The notes: generated by a model not told the origin, from the letters alone. DNA of 20,000 nucleotides from an uncultured Methanosarcinales archaeon (GCA_964593285.1 CAZQHZ010000004.1:50340-70339); one strand, 5' to 3'; positions 8,076-17,923 are shown, numbered from the stretch's first letter. Translations and numbers: made by a program.

Positions 8076-10088
8076 ATGGATAATAAAACTAATACAAAGT
8101 TAAAAAAAAGGGAATTAAATAAAGATTTAAAAACAGTTAATTCGCAAAAAAAAGCTAATAATACAAAAAAAGAATCTAAAAATACTACTATTACTAAAGA
8201 TTCAGATTTTAATTTTACTACTACTAAAGATATAACAGTAGATAAAGAAATTGTTAATCAGGTTGTAGGGCAAGAAAATGCCTGTAAAGTTATCAAAAAA
8301 GCTGCTAAAAAAAGAAGACATGTTTTTTTGATTGGTGAGCCTGGAACTGGAAAATCTATGCTTGGTTTAGCATTAGCTGAATTAATGCCTAAAGAAAAAT
8401 TAGTAGATATTGTTTCTTTTAATAATCCAAATGATGAGAATAATCCTTTAATTAGAACTTTAACTGCAGGAAAGGGTAGAGAATTTGTTGCAAGATCAAA
8501 ATTTCAAACAGGAGGATTATTTAAAGGACAAACTCTATTGTTAATATTTATATTACTATTGGCTTTTATAGGGCCAATTTGGGCATTTAGATACTATACT
8601 GCAGAATATTCTGCTGTTGTTGGAGCAATTATTTTTGCTGCACTTTCTGTTGGAAGTATTTTTTTTATTGCTGCAATAATTTTTATTATGAATTTTGGTT
8701 CTAGATTAGCAAAAGTTGATAAATCTAATTCACCAAAATTAATAGTTGATAATTTTAGTAAAATACAAGCACCTTATTTAGATGCAACTGGTGCTCATGC
8801 CGGTGCATTACTTGGTGATGTATTACATGATCCCTTTCAATCAGGTGGTCTTGGAACACCAGCTCATGAGCGAGTGGTTGCTGGGATGATTCATAAAGCA
8901 CATATGGGTGTTTTATTTATTGATGAAGTTTCAACATTAAAACCTCATACACAGCAAGAATTATTAACTGCTCTGCAAGAAGGAAAATATTCAATCACTG
9001 GTCAAAGTGAGCGAAGTGCTGGTGCTATGGTTAGAACAGAACCTGTGCCTTGTAATTTTGTATTGGTAATTGCAGGAAATTTAGAAACATTAAAACATAT
9101 GCATCCTGCACTTAGATCCAGAATTAGAGGTTATGGTTATGAAGTTTATATGGATGAAACTATGCTTGATAATAATGAGAATAGAATGAAAATTGCAAGA
9201 TTTGTAGCTCAGGAAGTAAATAAAGATAAAACAATACCTCATTTTACAAAAAATGCAGTACTTGAAATCATTGAAGAAGCAAAACGAATGGCTAATAGAA
9301 AAGGTCATTTAACTCTTCGATTGCGAGAACTTGGAGGGATTGTTCGTGCTGCTGGTGATATTGCATCAGAAGAAGAAAGTGAATTTGTTAGAACACACCA
9401 TATTCCTATTGCAAAAAAGATTGCAAAAACATTAGAAAAACAAATAGCTGATAAACATATTGAACGAAAAAAAGAATATGAAGTAATTAACATAAGTGGA
9501 CAAAAAATTGGTAGAGTTAATGGACTTGCAGTACTTGGTGGTTCAAATTCATTTTCAGGAATAATTTTACCAATTGAATCACAAATAACTCCTGGTGGAA
9601 AAGAACAACAAATTATTGCAACTGGTAAGCTTGGTGAAATTGCAAAAGAAGCAGTAACTAATGTTAGTGCGATTATTAAAAAATATTTTGGGTTAGATAT
9701 TAAAGAAAAACATGACATATATTTACAATTTTTACAAACATATGAAGGGGTTGAAGGAGATTCTGCAAGTATTGCTATAGCTGTTGCTATTATTTCAGCG
9801 CTTAAAAAATTACCAATCAAGCAAGACTATGCAATGACTGGTAGTTTATCTGTTAGAGGTGAGGTATTACCTGTTGGTGGGGTTAGCTCAAAAGTTGAAG
9901 CTGCAATTAATACTGGTATAAAAAATGTAATTGTTCCGCATTCAAACCTAAAAGATATAATAATTAAAAAAGAAAAATTAAAATTAATCAATATAATTCC
10001 AGTAAATAAAATAGCTGAAGTTTTAGAACATGCAATTGATTGGACAGGTAATGAAGATATTTTAAATTCTATTAAAAAAAATAAATAA
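8076..10088 (+). CDS. lonB: ATP-dependent protease LonB (archaeal, membrane-anchored)
   Basis: Walker A GEPGTGKS, two TM segments inside the AAA+ domain, Walker B LFIDE, catalytic Ser (EGDSAS) and catalytic Lys (GGVSSK). Confidence 0.97.
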   Translation: MDNKTNTKLKKRELNKDLKTVNSQKKANNTKKESKNTTITKDSDFNFTTTKDITVDKEIVNQVVGQENACKVIKKAAKKRRHVFLIGEPGTGKSMLGLALAELMPKEKLVDIVSFNNPNDENNPLIRTLTAGKGREFVARSKFQTGGLFKGQTLLLIFILLLAFIGPIWAFRYYTAEYSAVVGAIIFAALSVGSIFFIAAIIFIMNFGSRLAKVDKSNSPKLIVDNFSKIQAPYLDATGAHAGALLGDVLHDPFQSGGLGTPAHERVVAGMIHKAHMGVLFIDEVSTLKPHTQQELLTALQEGKYSITGQSERSAGAMVRTEPVPCNFVLVIAGNLETLKHMHPALRSRIRGYGYEVYMDETMLDNNENRMKIARFVAQEVNKDKTIPHFTKNAVLEIIEEAKRMANRKGHLTLRLRELGGIVRAAGDIASEEESEFVRTHHIPIAKKIAKTLEKQIADKHIERKKEYEVINISGQKIGRVNGLAVLGGSNSFSGIILPIESQITPGGKEQQIIATGKLGEIAKEAVTNVSAIIKKYFGLDIKEKHDIYLQFLQTYEGVEGDSASIAIAVAIISALKKLPIKQDYAMTGSLSVRGEVLPVGGVSSKVEAAINTGIKNVIVPHSNLKDIIIKKEKLKLINIIPVNKIAEVLEHAIDWTGNEDILNSIKKNK

Positions 10089-10179
10089 TTTTTTCATTTT
10101 TTTAAAAATTTTTGATTTTTTTATTTTTTAAATAATTATAACAAATATTTATAAACATTAAATGGGATTATTGTAAAAA

Positions 10180-10887
10180 ATGGCAAAAAAACGAAAAGAA
10201 AGCTGGAAAATAATGGATAACGTATTTGATGAATTTACTTTAAATACTGTTAAAAAGTTAATTACTAAAGGAATTATTGAAGGGATAAAAAGCCCTATAA
10301 TGATTGGAAAGGAAGCTAATGTTTTTACTGCTGTAACTAAAGATATGCAAGTTAGAATTATTAAAATTTATCGACTTGAATCTTGTAATTTTAATAAAAT
10401 GTATAGTTATATAATATCAGATCCAAGGTTTATGGATGTTAAAAACCAACGAAGACAAGTAATATTTAATTGGACTAAACGCGAATTTAAAAATTTATCA
10501 ATTGCAAGAAAATCACAAGTTAATTGTCCAATGCCAATAGCTTTTTTAAATCATGTTATTGTTATGGAACTTATTGGAAATTTAGAACCTGCAAAGCAAT
10601 TAAAAAACAAATATCCTATAGATATTGATAAGTTTTTTAATGAATTAATTAAAAACTTGAAAAAATTATATAAAAATGGTGAAATTGTTCATGCAGATTT
10701 GTCTGAATTTAATATTTTAAATCATAATGACATACCATATTTGATTGATTTTTCCCAATCAACTTCTATTAAGGATCATGAATCAATAAATTATCTTAAA
10801 CGTGATATTGCAAATTTAAAAAGGTTTTTCTTGAAATTAAACTATGAAATAGATGTTGATGAAACAATTGAAAGAATTATACATTAA
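10180..10887 (+). CDS. rio1: RIO1-type serine/threonine kinase
   Basis: Motifs GKEANVF, IKIYR, HADLSEFNIL and LIDFSQS. Confidence 0.95.
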   Translation: MAKKRKESWKIMDNVFDEFTLNTVKKLITKGIIEGIKSPIMIGKEANVFTAVTKDMQVRIIKIYRLESCNFNKMYSYIISDPRFMDVKNQRRQVIFNWTKREFKNLSIARKSQVNCPMPIAFLNHVIVMELIGNLEPAKQLKNKYPIDIDKFFNELIKNLKKLYKNGEIVHADLSEFNILNHNDIPYLIDFSQSTSIKDHESINYLKRDIANLKRFFLKLNYEIDVDETIERIIH

Positions 10888-10959
10888 AATTATAAAATAA
10901 TATGTTTTGTCACTATTTGATAAAAAAATTTATAAATAATTATTTTTTTTTATGAAAAA

Positions 10960-11373
10960 ATGAAAAAAGTAATAGGTATTTGTGCATTTTTATTAACTTT
11001 AACTGCTAATGACTGTAATGATTCTAAATATTATAAAAATATAAATCAAGTCGAAAATAATATTTATCAAACTACATTAAATGAATTAACTAATGAAACT
11101 GATATTACTGCTCGTTTAGATGAAAGAATAAATTTGAAATTACAATATATTGAGAATAAAATTGTTGAACATTATAAAATAGTTCCCTCAATTGAAAAAC
11201 GATGTGAGTTTGTTAAAAATTTATATGAAACTGTAAAATTAGAGAATTTAAAAGATTGGCAAAAAAATTCAGGATTAATTGCGATCGATGGATATAATAA
11301 TTTTTGTAAAAATTTAGGGTTATATAAAAATTTTAATTCTAGTCATGTACCTAAAGCAGAAACGCAAAAATAA
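10960..11373 (+). CDS. Hypothetical secreted or lipoprotein-like protein
   Basis: 137-aa ORF with an N-terminal signal-like MKKVIGICAFLLTLTANDC. It has its own TTTATAAA at 10929-10936. Confidence 0.6.
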   Translation: MKKVIGICAFLLTLTANDCNDSKYYKNINQVENNIYQTTLNELTNETDITARLDERINLKLQYIENKIVEHYKIVPSIEKRCEFVKNLYETVKLENLKDWQKNSGLIAIDGYNNFCKNLGLYKNFNSSHVPKAETQK

Positions 11374-11450
11374 AATTTTTGTATGTTATTAATGAATTTC
11401 ATTTTAAATATCAAAAGCTTTAAAAACAAATCAATTTTTTAAAAAAATAT

Positions 11451-12020
11451 ATGGAAGAATATTCTTATGAATTAAAAATACCAAAAGAGAGAATTGCTGT
11501 TTTGATTGGAACTAAAGGAAAAGTAAAAAAAGAAATAGAAGATATTACAAACACTAAAATAGTTATTGATTCAAAAGATGGTGATGTAAACGTTATTGGT
11601 GAAGATTCTGTTGTTATTTTTAATGTAAAAGAAGTAATTAAGGCAATCGCTAGAGGTTTTAATCCAAATACTGCACTACTTTTACTAAAGCAAGATTATT
11701 GTTTGGAATTAATTGAAATTAGTGATTATGTTAAAAGTAAAAATCAATTTTTACGACAAAAGGGTAGAATTATTGGGCGCGAAGGAAAAGCTAGAAAAAA
11801 TATCGAACATTTAACTGATACAGATATTTGTGTTTATGGAAAAACCATTGGAATTATTGGTAGGTATGAAAATGCAAATATTTCAAGAAGAGCTCTTGAT
11901 TCATTGCTTTCTGGAAGTCCACATGCTACTGTTTATAAATGGCTTGAGAAAAAAAGAAGAGAATTAACTAGTATGGATTTTGAGTTGAAAAAAGATGGAA
12001 CAAAAGACTTTATCAAATGA
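11451..12020 (+). CDS. KH-domain pre-rRNA processing protein (Dim2/Pno1/Krr1 family)
   Basis: Motifs RIAVLIGTKG, KAIARGF, KGRIIGREGKAR and GSPHATVYKWLE. Confidence 0.93.
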   Translation: MEEYSYELKIPKERIAVLIGTKGKVKKEIEDITNTKIVIDSKDGDVNVIGEDSVVIFNVKEVIKAIARGFNPNTALLLLKQDYCLELIEISDYVKSKNQFLRQKGRIIGREGKARKNIEHLTDTDICVYGKTIGIIGRYENANISRRALDSLLSGSPHATVYKWLEKKRRELTSMDFELKKDGTKDFIK

Positions 12021-13683
12021 AAATATTAAACCAAAAGAAAAAATTATTGCAAATGAACTAGCAAAAGGACAACGTGATATTGGTATTGCAGAATTTTTTG
12101 CACGAAATAGACATTTATTAGGATTTGATAATAAAAAAAAAGCTTTAATGACCACAATTAAGGAAGCTGTGGATAATTCTCTTGATGCATGCGAAGAAGC
12201 AAGTATATTACCTGAAATTTCTGTTGAAATTGTTCAAATGGGTGATAGTAGATTTAGAGTTATAATTGAAGATAATGGCCCTGGGATTGTTAAAAAACAA
12301 ATACCTAATATTTTTGGAAAACTGCTTTATGGATCAAAGTTTCATAGATTAAAAATGTCTAGAGGACAGCAGGGTATAGGAATTTCTGCATCTGTTATGT
12401 ATGGTCAATTAACTACTGGAAGAAATGCAAAAATTGTTTCTAAAATACATAAAGATAAATCAGCACAATATTATGAATTAAAAATTGATACTAAAAAAAA
12501 TGTACCTGTAATTGTAAATGAAAAAGAAATTCATATAGATAAAGAAACAGGAACTAAAATTGAAATAGATTTGGAAGCTAGTTATTCTGGTGGTGTTCAA
12601 TCTGTAGATCAATATTTAAAACAAACAGCAATTACAAATCCTCATGCAACTTTTATTTATACAAATCCAAAAGCACAGCAGTATATTTTTCCAAGAGCAA
12701 CAGAAAAGTTGCCAAAACAAACAAAAGAGATAAAACCACATCCTTATGGTGTTGAATTAGGTGTACTTTTAGATTTACTTGCAACTACAAAAGCAAAAAC
12801 ATTGCAGCAATTTTTAACAATGGATTTTTCAAGAATAAGTCAAAATGTTGCAAAACAAATTTGCGAAAAAGCATTGATTTCACCAAATACAAAACCAAAA
12901 GCAATTTCACAACAAGTAGTTGAAAAATTAATCAAAGCAATACATGATACAAAAATCATGGCACCATCAACTGATTGTATTGCACCTATAAAAAAAGAAT
13001 TAATTGAAAAAGGATTAAAAAAAGAAATTAATGCAGAATTTTATTGTAGTGCAACAAGACCTCCAAATGTTTATAGGGGTAATCCTTTTATTATTGAAGC
13101 AGGGATTGCATATGGTGGGGATCAACAAAGTGAAGGACAGGTTAATATTATGAGATTTGCAAATCGTGTACCTCTATTATATCAACAAGGTGCATGTGCT
13201 GCTACAAAATCAATTATTGGAACAAACTGGAGACCGTATGGACTTAGTCAAAGCAGTAATGCAATACCCCAAGGCCCATGTTCAATAATGGTTCATATTG
13301 CATCGGTTTGGGTTCCATTTACATCTGAAAGTAAAGAAGCTATTGCTCATTATCCTGAAATTATTAAAGAAATAAAGCTTGCACTCCAAGAATGTGGAAG
13401 ACAGCTTGGAAGTTATATTAATAAAAAAAAACGAGTTAAAGATGAATTAAAAAAGCGAGGTTATATTGAAAAATATATCCCTCATGTTGCAGAAGCTTTA
13501 GTTAAGTTATTAACTTTAAATAAAGATAACAAAAATAGTATTGAAGATTCATTAAAAATTATTCTTGAAAAAAAACGTGGTAAAATTGATGAAATTAAAT
13601 TTGATCCAAATAACAATGAAGAATATGATGCAGAATTTGCAAAAATTGGAAAAGAAGTTTTAGAGGATGAAAATGAGCAATGA
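11995..13683 (+). CDS. top6B: DNA topoisomerase VI subunit B
   Basis: GHKL motifs KEAVDNSLDACEE, EDNGPGI, YGSKFH..SRGQQGIGIS; also RFANRVPLLY and VPFTSESKEAI. Confidence 0.98.
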   Translation: MEQKTLSNENIKPKEKIIANELAKGQRDIGIAEFFARNRHLLGFDNKKKALMTTIKEAVDNSLDACEEASILPEISVEIVQMGDSRFRVIIEDNGPGIVKKQIPNIFGKLLYGSKFHRLKMSRGQQGIGISASVMYGQLTTGRNAKIVSKIHKDKSAQYYELKIDTKKNVPVIVNEKEIHIDKETGTKIEIDLEASYSGGVQSVDQYLKQTAITNPHATFIYTNPKAQQYIFPRATEKLPKQTKEIKPHPYGVELGVLLDLLATTKAKTLQQFLTMDFSRISQNVAKQICEKALISPNTKPKAISQQVVEKLIKAIHDTKIMAPSTDCIAPIKKELIEKGLKKEINAEFYCSATRPPNVYRGNPFIIEAGIAYGGDQQSEGQVNIMRFANRVPLLYQQGACAATKSIIGTNWRPYGLSQSSNAIPQGPCSIMVHIASVWVPFTSESKEAIAHYPEIIKEIKLALQECGRQLGSYINKKKRVKDELKKRGYIEKYIPHVAEALVKLLTLNKDNKNSIEDSLKIILEKKRGKIDEIKFDPNNNEEYDAEFAKIGKEVLEDENEQ

Positions 13684-14761
13684 GAATGTAGTTGAAAAAA
13701 TAAAAGATGTTTCAAAAAAAGTATATGATGATATTTTAGTTATGAAAAATCCTTCACTTACAATGCCAGTTCGTTCACTTCAAAATGTAAAGTATGATCC
13801 AAAAAATGGGTTTTTTGAACTTGCTGGAAATGAAAAAGAAAGAACACTTACAGCATCAACCATAAAAACATTTGCTCAAACATTATTAATGTTATCATTA
13901 TCAAAAGAATTAGTTGAAAGTGATGATATGGCAACTAAAAGAGAAGCTTATTATGTTAGTAAAAATTGGGATGATGCAAGATTTAAAGAGCAACCTGAAT
14001 CCGATAGCGTAATGGATGATATTGAATCAATGCTTAGAGTTAATAGAGAACAGATAAAATTTATTCCAGAAGAGAAGGGTGGAGAGATTGCTGGAAAATT
14101 AATTGTTGTTGATAAAGATCAAGAAACTGGAAATGAACTTAAGATTGATTGTACAAAATTTGGTTCTGGTGCATATTCAATACCTATTTCTGTTGAAGAA
14201 TTAAAATTTGAGACCGATGCAAAATTCATTTTAGCAATAGAAACTGCAGGTATGTTTCAAAGATTATTAAAACATAAATTTTGGAAAACTGCAAATTGTA
14301 TTTTAATATCTATGGGTGGTGTTCCAACTAGGGCATGTAGAAGATTTATTAGAAGACTTAGTGATTCAAAGAAAATTCCAGTATATGTTTTTACTGATGG
14401 TGATCCATATGGGTATTTGAATATTTATAGAACATTAAAAGTTGGCTCTGGTAATGCTGCACATATAAATGAGTATTTTTGTGTTCCAAATGCAAAATTT
14501 ATAGGAATTACTCCACAAGACATAATAGATTTTAAATTACCAAGCCATCCATTAAAAGATGTTGATATGAAAAGAATTAAAGATGGAATAAAAAACGATC
14601 CTTTTGTAAAACATTATAAAGAATGGCAAAAAGCATTAAATTTACTTGTAAGTATAAAGAAAAGAGCAGAACAGCAAGCCTTAGCAAAATGGGGTTTAAA
14701 TTATGTAATTTCAGATTACTTGCCAAAAAAATTAAAAGATGAAAAATTATGGCTTCCTTGA
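13673..14761 (+). CDS. top6A: DNA topoisomerase VI subunit A (Spo11 homolog)
   Basis: TKREAYY (catalytic Tyr region), TOPRIM IETAG and FTDGDPYG. The start is ATG 13673 (after GAGG) or 13667, overlapping the end of top6B. Confidence 0.97.
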   Translation: MSNENVVEKIKDVSKKVYDDILVMKNPSLTMPVRSLQNVKYDPKNGFFELAGNEKERTLTASTIKTFAQTLLMLSLSKELVESDDMATKREAYYVSKNWDDARFKEQPESDSVMDDIESMLRVNREQIKFIPEEKGGEIAGKLIVVDKDQETGNELKIDCTKFGSGAYSIPISVEELKFETDAKFILAIETAGMFQRLLKHKFWKTANCILISMGGVPTRACRRFIRRLSDSKKIPVYVFTDGDPYGYLNIYRTLKVGSGNAAHINEYFCVPNAKFIGITPQDIIDFKLPSHPLKDVDMKRIKDGIKNDPFVKHYKEWQKALNLLVSIKKRAEQQALAKWGLNYVISDYLPKKLKDEKLWLP

Positions 14762-14899
14762 TTTTTTATTTTTTATCTCTTTTATTCTTTTTTTCATAAA
14801 TGCAATTTGAAATGCCATAGTTATTCTTCCAACAATTACTCCAATTATAAAAATTAAAAGTGAAATTGTTATTGCTTGAATATTTATTTGTTCAAACAT
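14747..14899 (-). CDS. Small single-pass membrane protein, 50 aa (not in ORF track)
   Basis: Hand translation gives MFEQINIQAITISLLIFIIGVIVGRITMAFQIAFMKKRIKEIKNKKSRKP*. It fills the top6A-primase gap and its start overlaps the primase 3' end. Confidence 0.65.
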   Translation of the reverse strand: MFEQINIQAITISLLIFIIGVIVGRITMAFQIAFMKKRIKEIKNKKSRKP

Positions 14900-16515
14900 T
14901 TTTTTTCTTCTCTAAATTTTTTCCTCATTTCTTTTTGCTCTTTTGTTAATTTTTTTCGGTGGCTTTTATCGGTGTTATTTAATTTTGATTTTAAAACTGA
15001 ATAATTTACTGGATTTTTTATTTTTTGACAAAAATTATCAGGAATACAAATTCCTAAATCTCTATAATAGCTTTTATTATCACAGTTTGGTGGGAGTATT
15101 TTTTTTTTTGAATATTTTCTATAATTTATTTGTGAATTTATTATTGTTTTTCTTAAATTTTCTGTATTTTTTAAATTCCATTCATCAATAATTTTATTTA
15201 TTCTCTCAAATCCATAGCCTGTATTTATAAAAAAGTTTAATAAAATAAATAAACCTCGTTTTCGTCCATCATCTAATCCATTTAGTATTTTATTAATACA
15301 TGGAGGAAATAATTCTTTTGGAATTTCATTTTCAATTTCATAATTTTTTTCATCATCATTTTCTAATTTTGAAAAAATTTTATTTTTATTATAAAAATCA
15401 TATGTATTTTGTGTAATTTTATTTGTTTGATTTTTTACTTTTAATGCTTCTTGTATTAAAAATGTGCCTTCTGATTGTGTTGTATTTTTTGTATCTAAAA
15501 ATTTATGTTTTGAAATTTTTAAATTTTTAGGATTTGCATATTCTTTTTTAAAATGTAAAATTTTTTCAGGATTAAATGGAATCGATGCAAGGTTTGATTT
15601 TTCATGTAATGAATAAACTAATCTATATAAATGCCTTGAAGAAATTAATAAAGTATCCAAATCAATTAGTGCTGCTGCATTTAATACGTTAAATGATTCA
15701 TTTGATCCACATTGACATATATTATCTTTACTTATTTCTTTTTTTTCCATTACACTATTACATTTATCACAAATCATGTATTCTTTTGAATCAAATAGGT
15801 TATTATTGCAATTTATACAAATAAATTGATGTTTAACATTATTGTCTTTTTCTTCAGAAATAATCTTTTCACATTTTAAGCATTTTTTTTGGACTAATTC
15901 ATCAAATTTTATGTTTAAATTTTTTGCTAAATAGTCAAAATTAAACTTATAATGTTTATTGAAAATAACTTCATTATCTTTTATATCAATCATATTTTTT
16001 GAGATATAATCAATTAAATAATATGAAATATTTCTACATAAATCTGGAAATTGATTTTTAGTTTCTATATTATCAACAGATTTTGGAAATGCATTAAATG
16101 GAACTGCTACATGAAAACCTTTGTTTCCTGAAAATTTTACTGAAATTGATTTTATTTTGTGTTTTTTTAAACATTCAATAATTAGCCATGTTATAATTTT
16201 TGATATTTTCCAATCACTACAATCAATATCTAAAATTAAATCCCATCCAATTCGTAAATCATCTAATTCTTTTTTTTTCATCCCTGTAACAATTTGCAAG
16301 GGATTTTTCCATAATTCTTCTGAAACGTGAAATGATGTTGCATAATTTTTTGCAAATTCTATTATATCTTTTGGATAAATTAATGTGTCTGGACGTTTTC
16401 CAAATCCTTTATCTGCATATTTAACAGCAACCTCTTTATTTTGTGAAGCAATTAACATTTCTTTTTGAATGTCTTCTCGTTTATAATGTCTAAGACATGT
16501 ACCAATATCCACCAT
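14884..16515 (-). CDS. Fused DNA primase PriS-PriL
   Basis: PriS motifs WDLILDID, FSGNKGFHV and RHLYRLVYSLH. PriL C-terminal Fe-S motifs FPPCI, PPNC, CIPDNFC and KNPVNY. Confidence 0.9.
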   Translation of the reverse strand: MVDIGTCLRHYKREDIQKEMLIASQNKEVAVKYADKGFGKRPDTLIYPKDIIEFAKNYATSFHVSEELWKNPLQIVTGMKKKELDDLRIGWDLILDIDCSDWKISKIITWLIIECLKKHKIKSISVKFSGNKGFHVAVPFNAFPKSVDNIETKNQFPDLCRNISYYLIDYISKNMIDIKDNEVIFNKHYKFNFDYLAKNLNIKFDELVQKKCLKCEKIISEEKDNNVKHQFICINCNNNLFDSKEYMICDKCNSVMEKKEISKDNICQCGSNESFNVLNAAALIDLDTLLISSRHLYRLVYSLHEKSNLASIPFNPEKILHFKKEYANPKNLKISKHKFLDTKNTTQSEGTFLIQEALKVKNQTNKITQNTYDFYNKNKIFSKLENDDEKNYEIENEIPKELFPPCINKILNGLDDGRKRGLFILLNFFINTGYGFERINKIIDEWNLKNTENLRKTIINSQINYRKYSKKKILPPNCDNKSYYRDLGICIPDNFCQKIKNPVNYSVLKSKLNNTDKSHRKKLTKEQKEMRKKFREEKKCLNK

Positions 16516-16586
16516 ATTTTAAAAGAAATTGAAAATAATATTTAAATGATACTTTTAGAAAATAAAATTTGGTTAAAGTTAATAAC

Positions 16587-16600
16587 GAAAGCTTTATAAA
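16587..16600 (+). promoter_or_regulatory. Archaeal BRE/TATA promoter of tRNA-Asn
   Basis: GAAAGC-TTTATAAA ends 28 nt upstream of the tRNA 5' end. Confidence 0.65.
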
Positions 16601-16628
16601 TAAATTATTAGTCCAAAATAATTAATAT

Positions 16629-16745
16629 GCCTCCATAGCTTAGCAGGTAGAGCGTGCGGCTGTTATCCTCACTAACGCTTGGGTCTTCCCAAACGTTGTT
16701 TGGTAAGTAACCGCAAGGTCACCAGTTCGAGTCTGGTTGGAGGCG
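16629..16745 (+). tRNA. tRNA-Asn(GTT) with 44-nt intron at 37/38 (16666-16709)
   Basis: Acceptor stem GCCTCCA/TGGAGGC with G73. D-arm GCTT..GAGC. Anticodon arm TGCGG-CT GTT A^A-CCGCA. T-arm ACCAG-TTCGAGT-CTGGT. Confidence 0.93.
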
Positions 16746-16767
16746 TTTTTCTTTTAATAAAAATTAT

Positions 16768-16947
16768 TTAATATCTAAATATTAAATCTTGTTTTATTAT
16801 TTTATTCAAAAAAGGAATTAGAAAATTAGTGCAAGGCGTTAGTAAACAAAATATTGTTAAAGTTAACCAAATATGTTTTTTATTAATTCTAAATGCACTA
16901 CCATAAGTTTTTTTATTCCAATATATAATCTCATTTAATTTTTTCAT
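16768..16947 (-). CDS. Small hypothetical membrane-associated protein (59 aa)
   Basis: ATG at 16947 (MKKLNEII...) with a hydrophobic segment IWLTLTIFCLLTPCTNFLIPFL. The ORF track uses TTG 16989. Confidence 0.5.
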   Translation of the reverse strand: MKKLNEIIYWNKKTYGSAFRINKKHIWLTLTIFCLLTPCTNFLIPFLNKIIKQDLIFRY

Positions 16948-17072
16948 AAAAATAAATGATGTTTTCTTATTTATATATCTCACAAGCAAATGTCTAGTGG
17001 ATTAAATACTATGTCACTTTAGAGTTATTACTAAATTATTTAAATGAATGATTAATTGATTTATTTATAAAA

Positions 17073-17636
17073 ATGATTGAAATTAAAATTATTGGAAGAG
17101 GCGGACAGGGTGGTAAAAGTGCAGCTGCAATTATTGCTGAAGCTGCTTTAAAAAAAGATAAATTTATACAGTCTTTTCCAGAATTTGGTGCAGAAAGACA
17201 AGGTGCTCCTGTTTTTGCATATACTAGAATTAGTGATAAAGAAATAAAAATTCATTATAGTATAAAAAATCCAAATATTGTTGCAGTACTAGATCCAACA
17301 TTATTAGATTCTATACCTATAGTTGATGGGATTAAAGAGAATGGTATTTTAATTGTTAATACAACTCTTAAACCAAAAGATATTAGAGATAAATTAGGAT
17401 ATAAAACCGGAAAGGTTTTTACAATTGATGCAACTAAAATTAGTGTTGAATTATTTGGGAGAAATATTCCAAATTCACCTATGCTTGGAGCTATAGAAAA
17501 AGCGTGTAATTTAGTTGGTATTGATGTTTTAAATGAGAAAATTCGAGAAAAATTTGAACGAAAAATTGGTGTTGATATAACTAATAAAAATATTGAAGCT
17601 ATAAAACGTGCATTTGATGAGGTTTTAGAAGGATGA
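17073..17636 (+). CDS. porC: Pyruvate/2-oxoacid:ferredoxin oxidoreductase gamma subunit
   Basis: Motifs GRGGQGGK, FPEFGAERQGAPV and NSPMLGA. Confidence 0.95.
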   Translation: MIEIKIIGRGGQGGKSAAAIIAEAALKKDKFIQSFPEFGAERQGAPVFAYTRISDKEIKIHYSIKNPNIVAVLDPTLLDSIPIVDGIKENGILIVNTTLKPKDIRDKLGYKTGKVFTIDATKISVELFGRNIPNSPMLGAIEKACNLVGIDVLNEKIREKFERKIGVDITNKNIEAIKRAFDEVLEG

Positions 17637-17923
17637 ATGAAAAACCTAAGTGGCAAGATTTAGAAGAAGGTGGAAAAATATTAGATGCTGGAAATTCATC
17701 TAGTTATAAGACTGGTGCTTGGAGAACATTTAGACCTGTTTTTATTCAAGAAAAATGTATTAATTGTATGATTTGTTGGATATATTGTCCTGATATTTCA
17801 ATTCCAGTTAAAGATGAAAAAAGATTAGAAACTAATTTTGATTCATGTAAGGGCTGTGGTATTTGTGCTAAAGTATGTCCTGTAAAATGTATTGAAATGA
17901 AAGATGAGAATGATTTTAAATGA
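17633..17923 (+). CDS. porD: Pyruvate:ferredoxin oxidoreductase delta subunit (2x[4Fe-4S])
   Basis: Motifs TGAWRTFRP, CINCMICWIYCP and CKGCGICAKVCP. ATGA overlap with porC. Confidence 0.95.
   Translation: MNEKPKWQDLEEGGKILDAGNSSSYKTGAWRTFRPVFIQEKCINCMICWIYCPDISIPVKDEKRLETNFDSCKGCGICAKVCPVKCIEMKDENDFK

Noticed and set aside
8183..8231. Short direct repeat ACTA(C/T)TACTAAAGAT in the lonB 5' region
   Set aside because: Only two imperfect copies in a low-complexity coding tail; not a CRISPR array or att site.
9090..9820. 72-aa and 171-aa minus-strand ORFs
   Set aside because: Antisense shadows of lonB.
11964..13715. 63-aa and 77-aa minus-strand ORFs
   Set aside because: Antisense to the KH/top6B and top6B/top6A junctions.
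8076..14761. Inteins in LonB or Top6
   Set aside because: Protein lengths are normal, with no intein splicing or LAGLIDADG motifs.
14943..16330. 82-aa and 69-aa plus-strand ORFs
   Set aside because: Antisense to the primase. Their Phe/Leu richness reflects reverse-complemented Lys/Asn codons.
5805..16745. Integrated element bounded by the two tRNAs
   Set aside because: No integrase or duplicated tRNA end was seen, and the interval holds core housekeeping genes.
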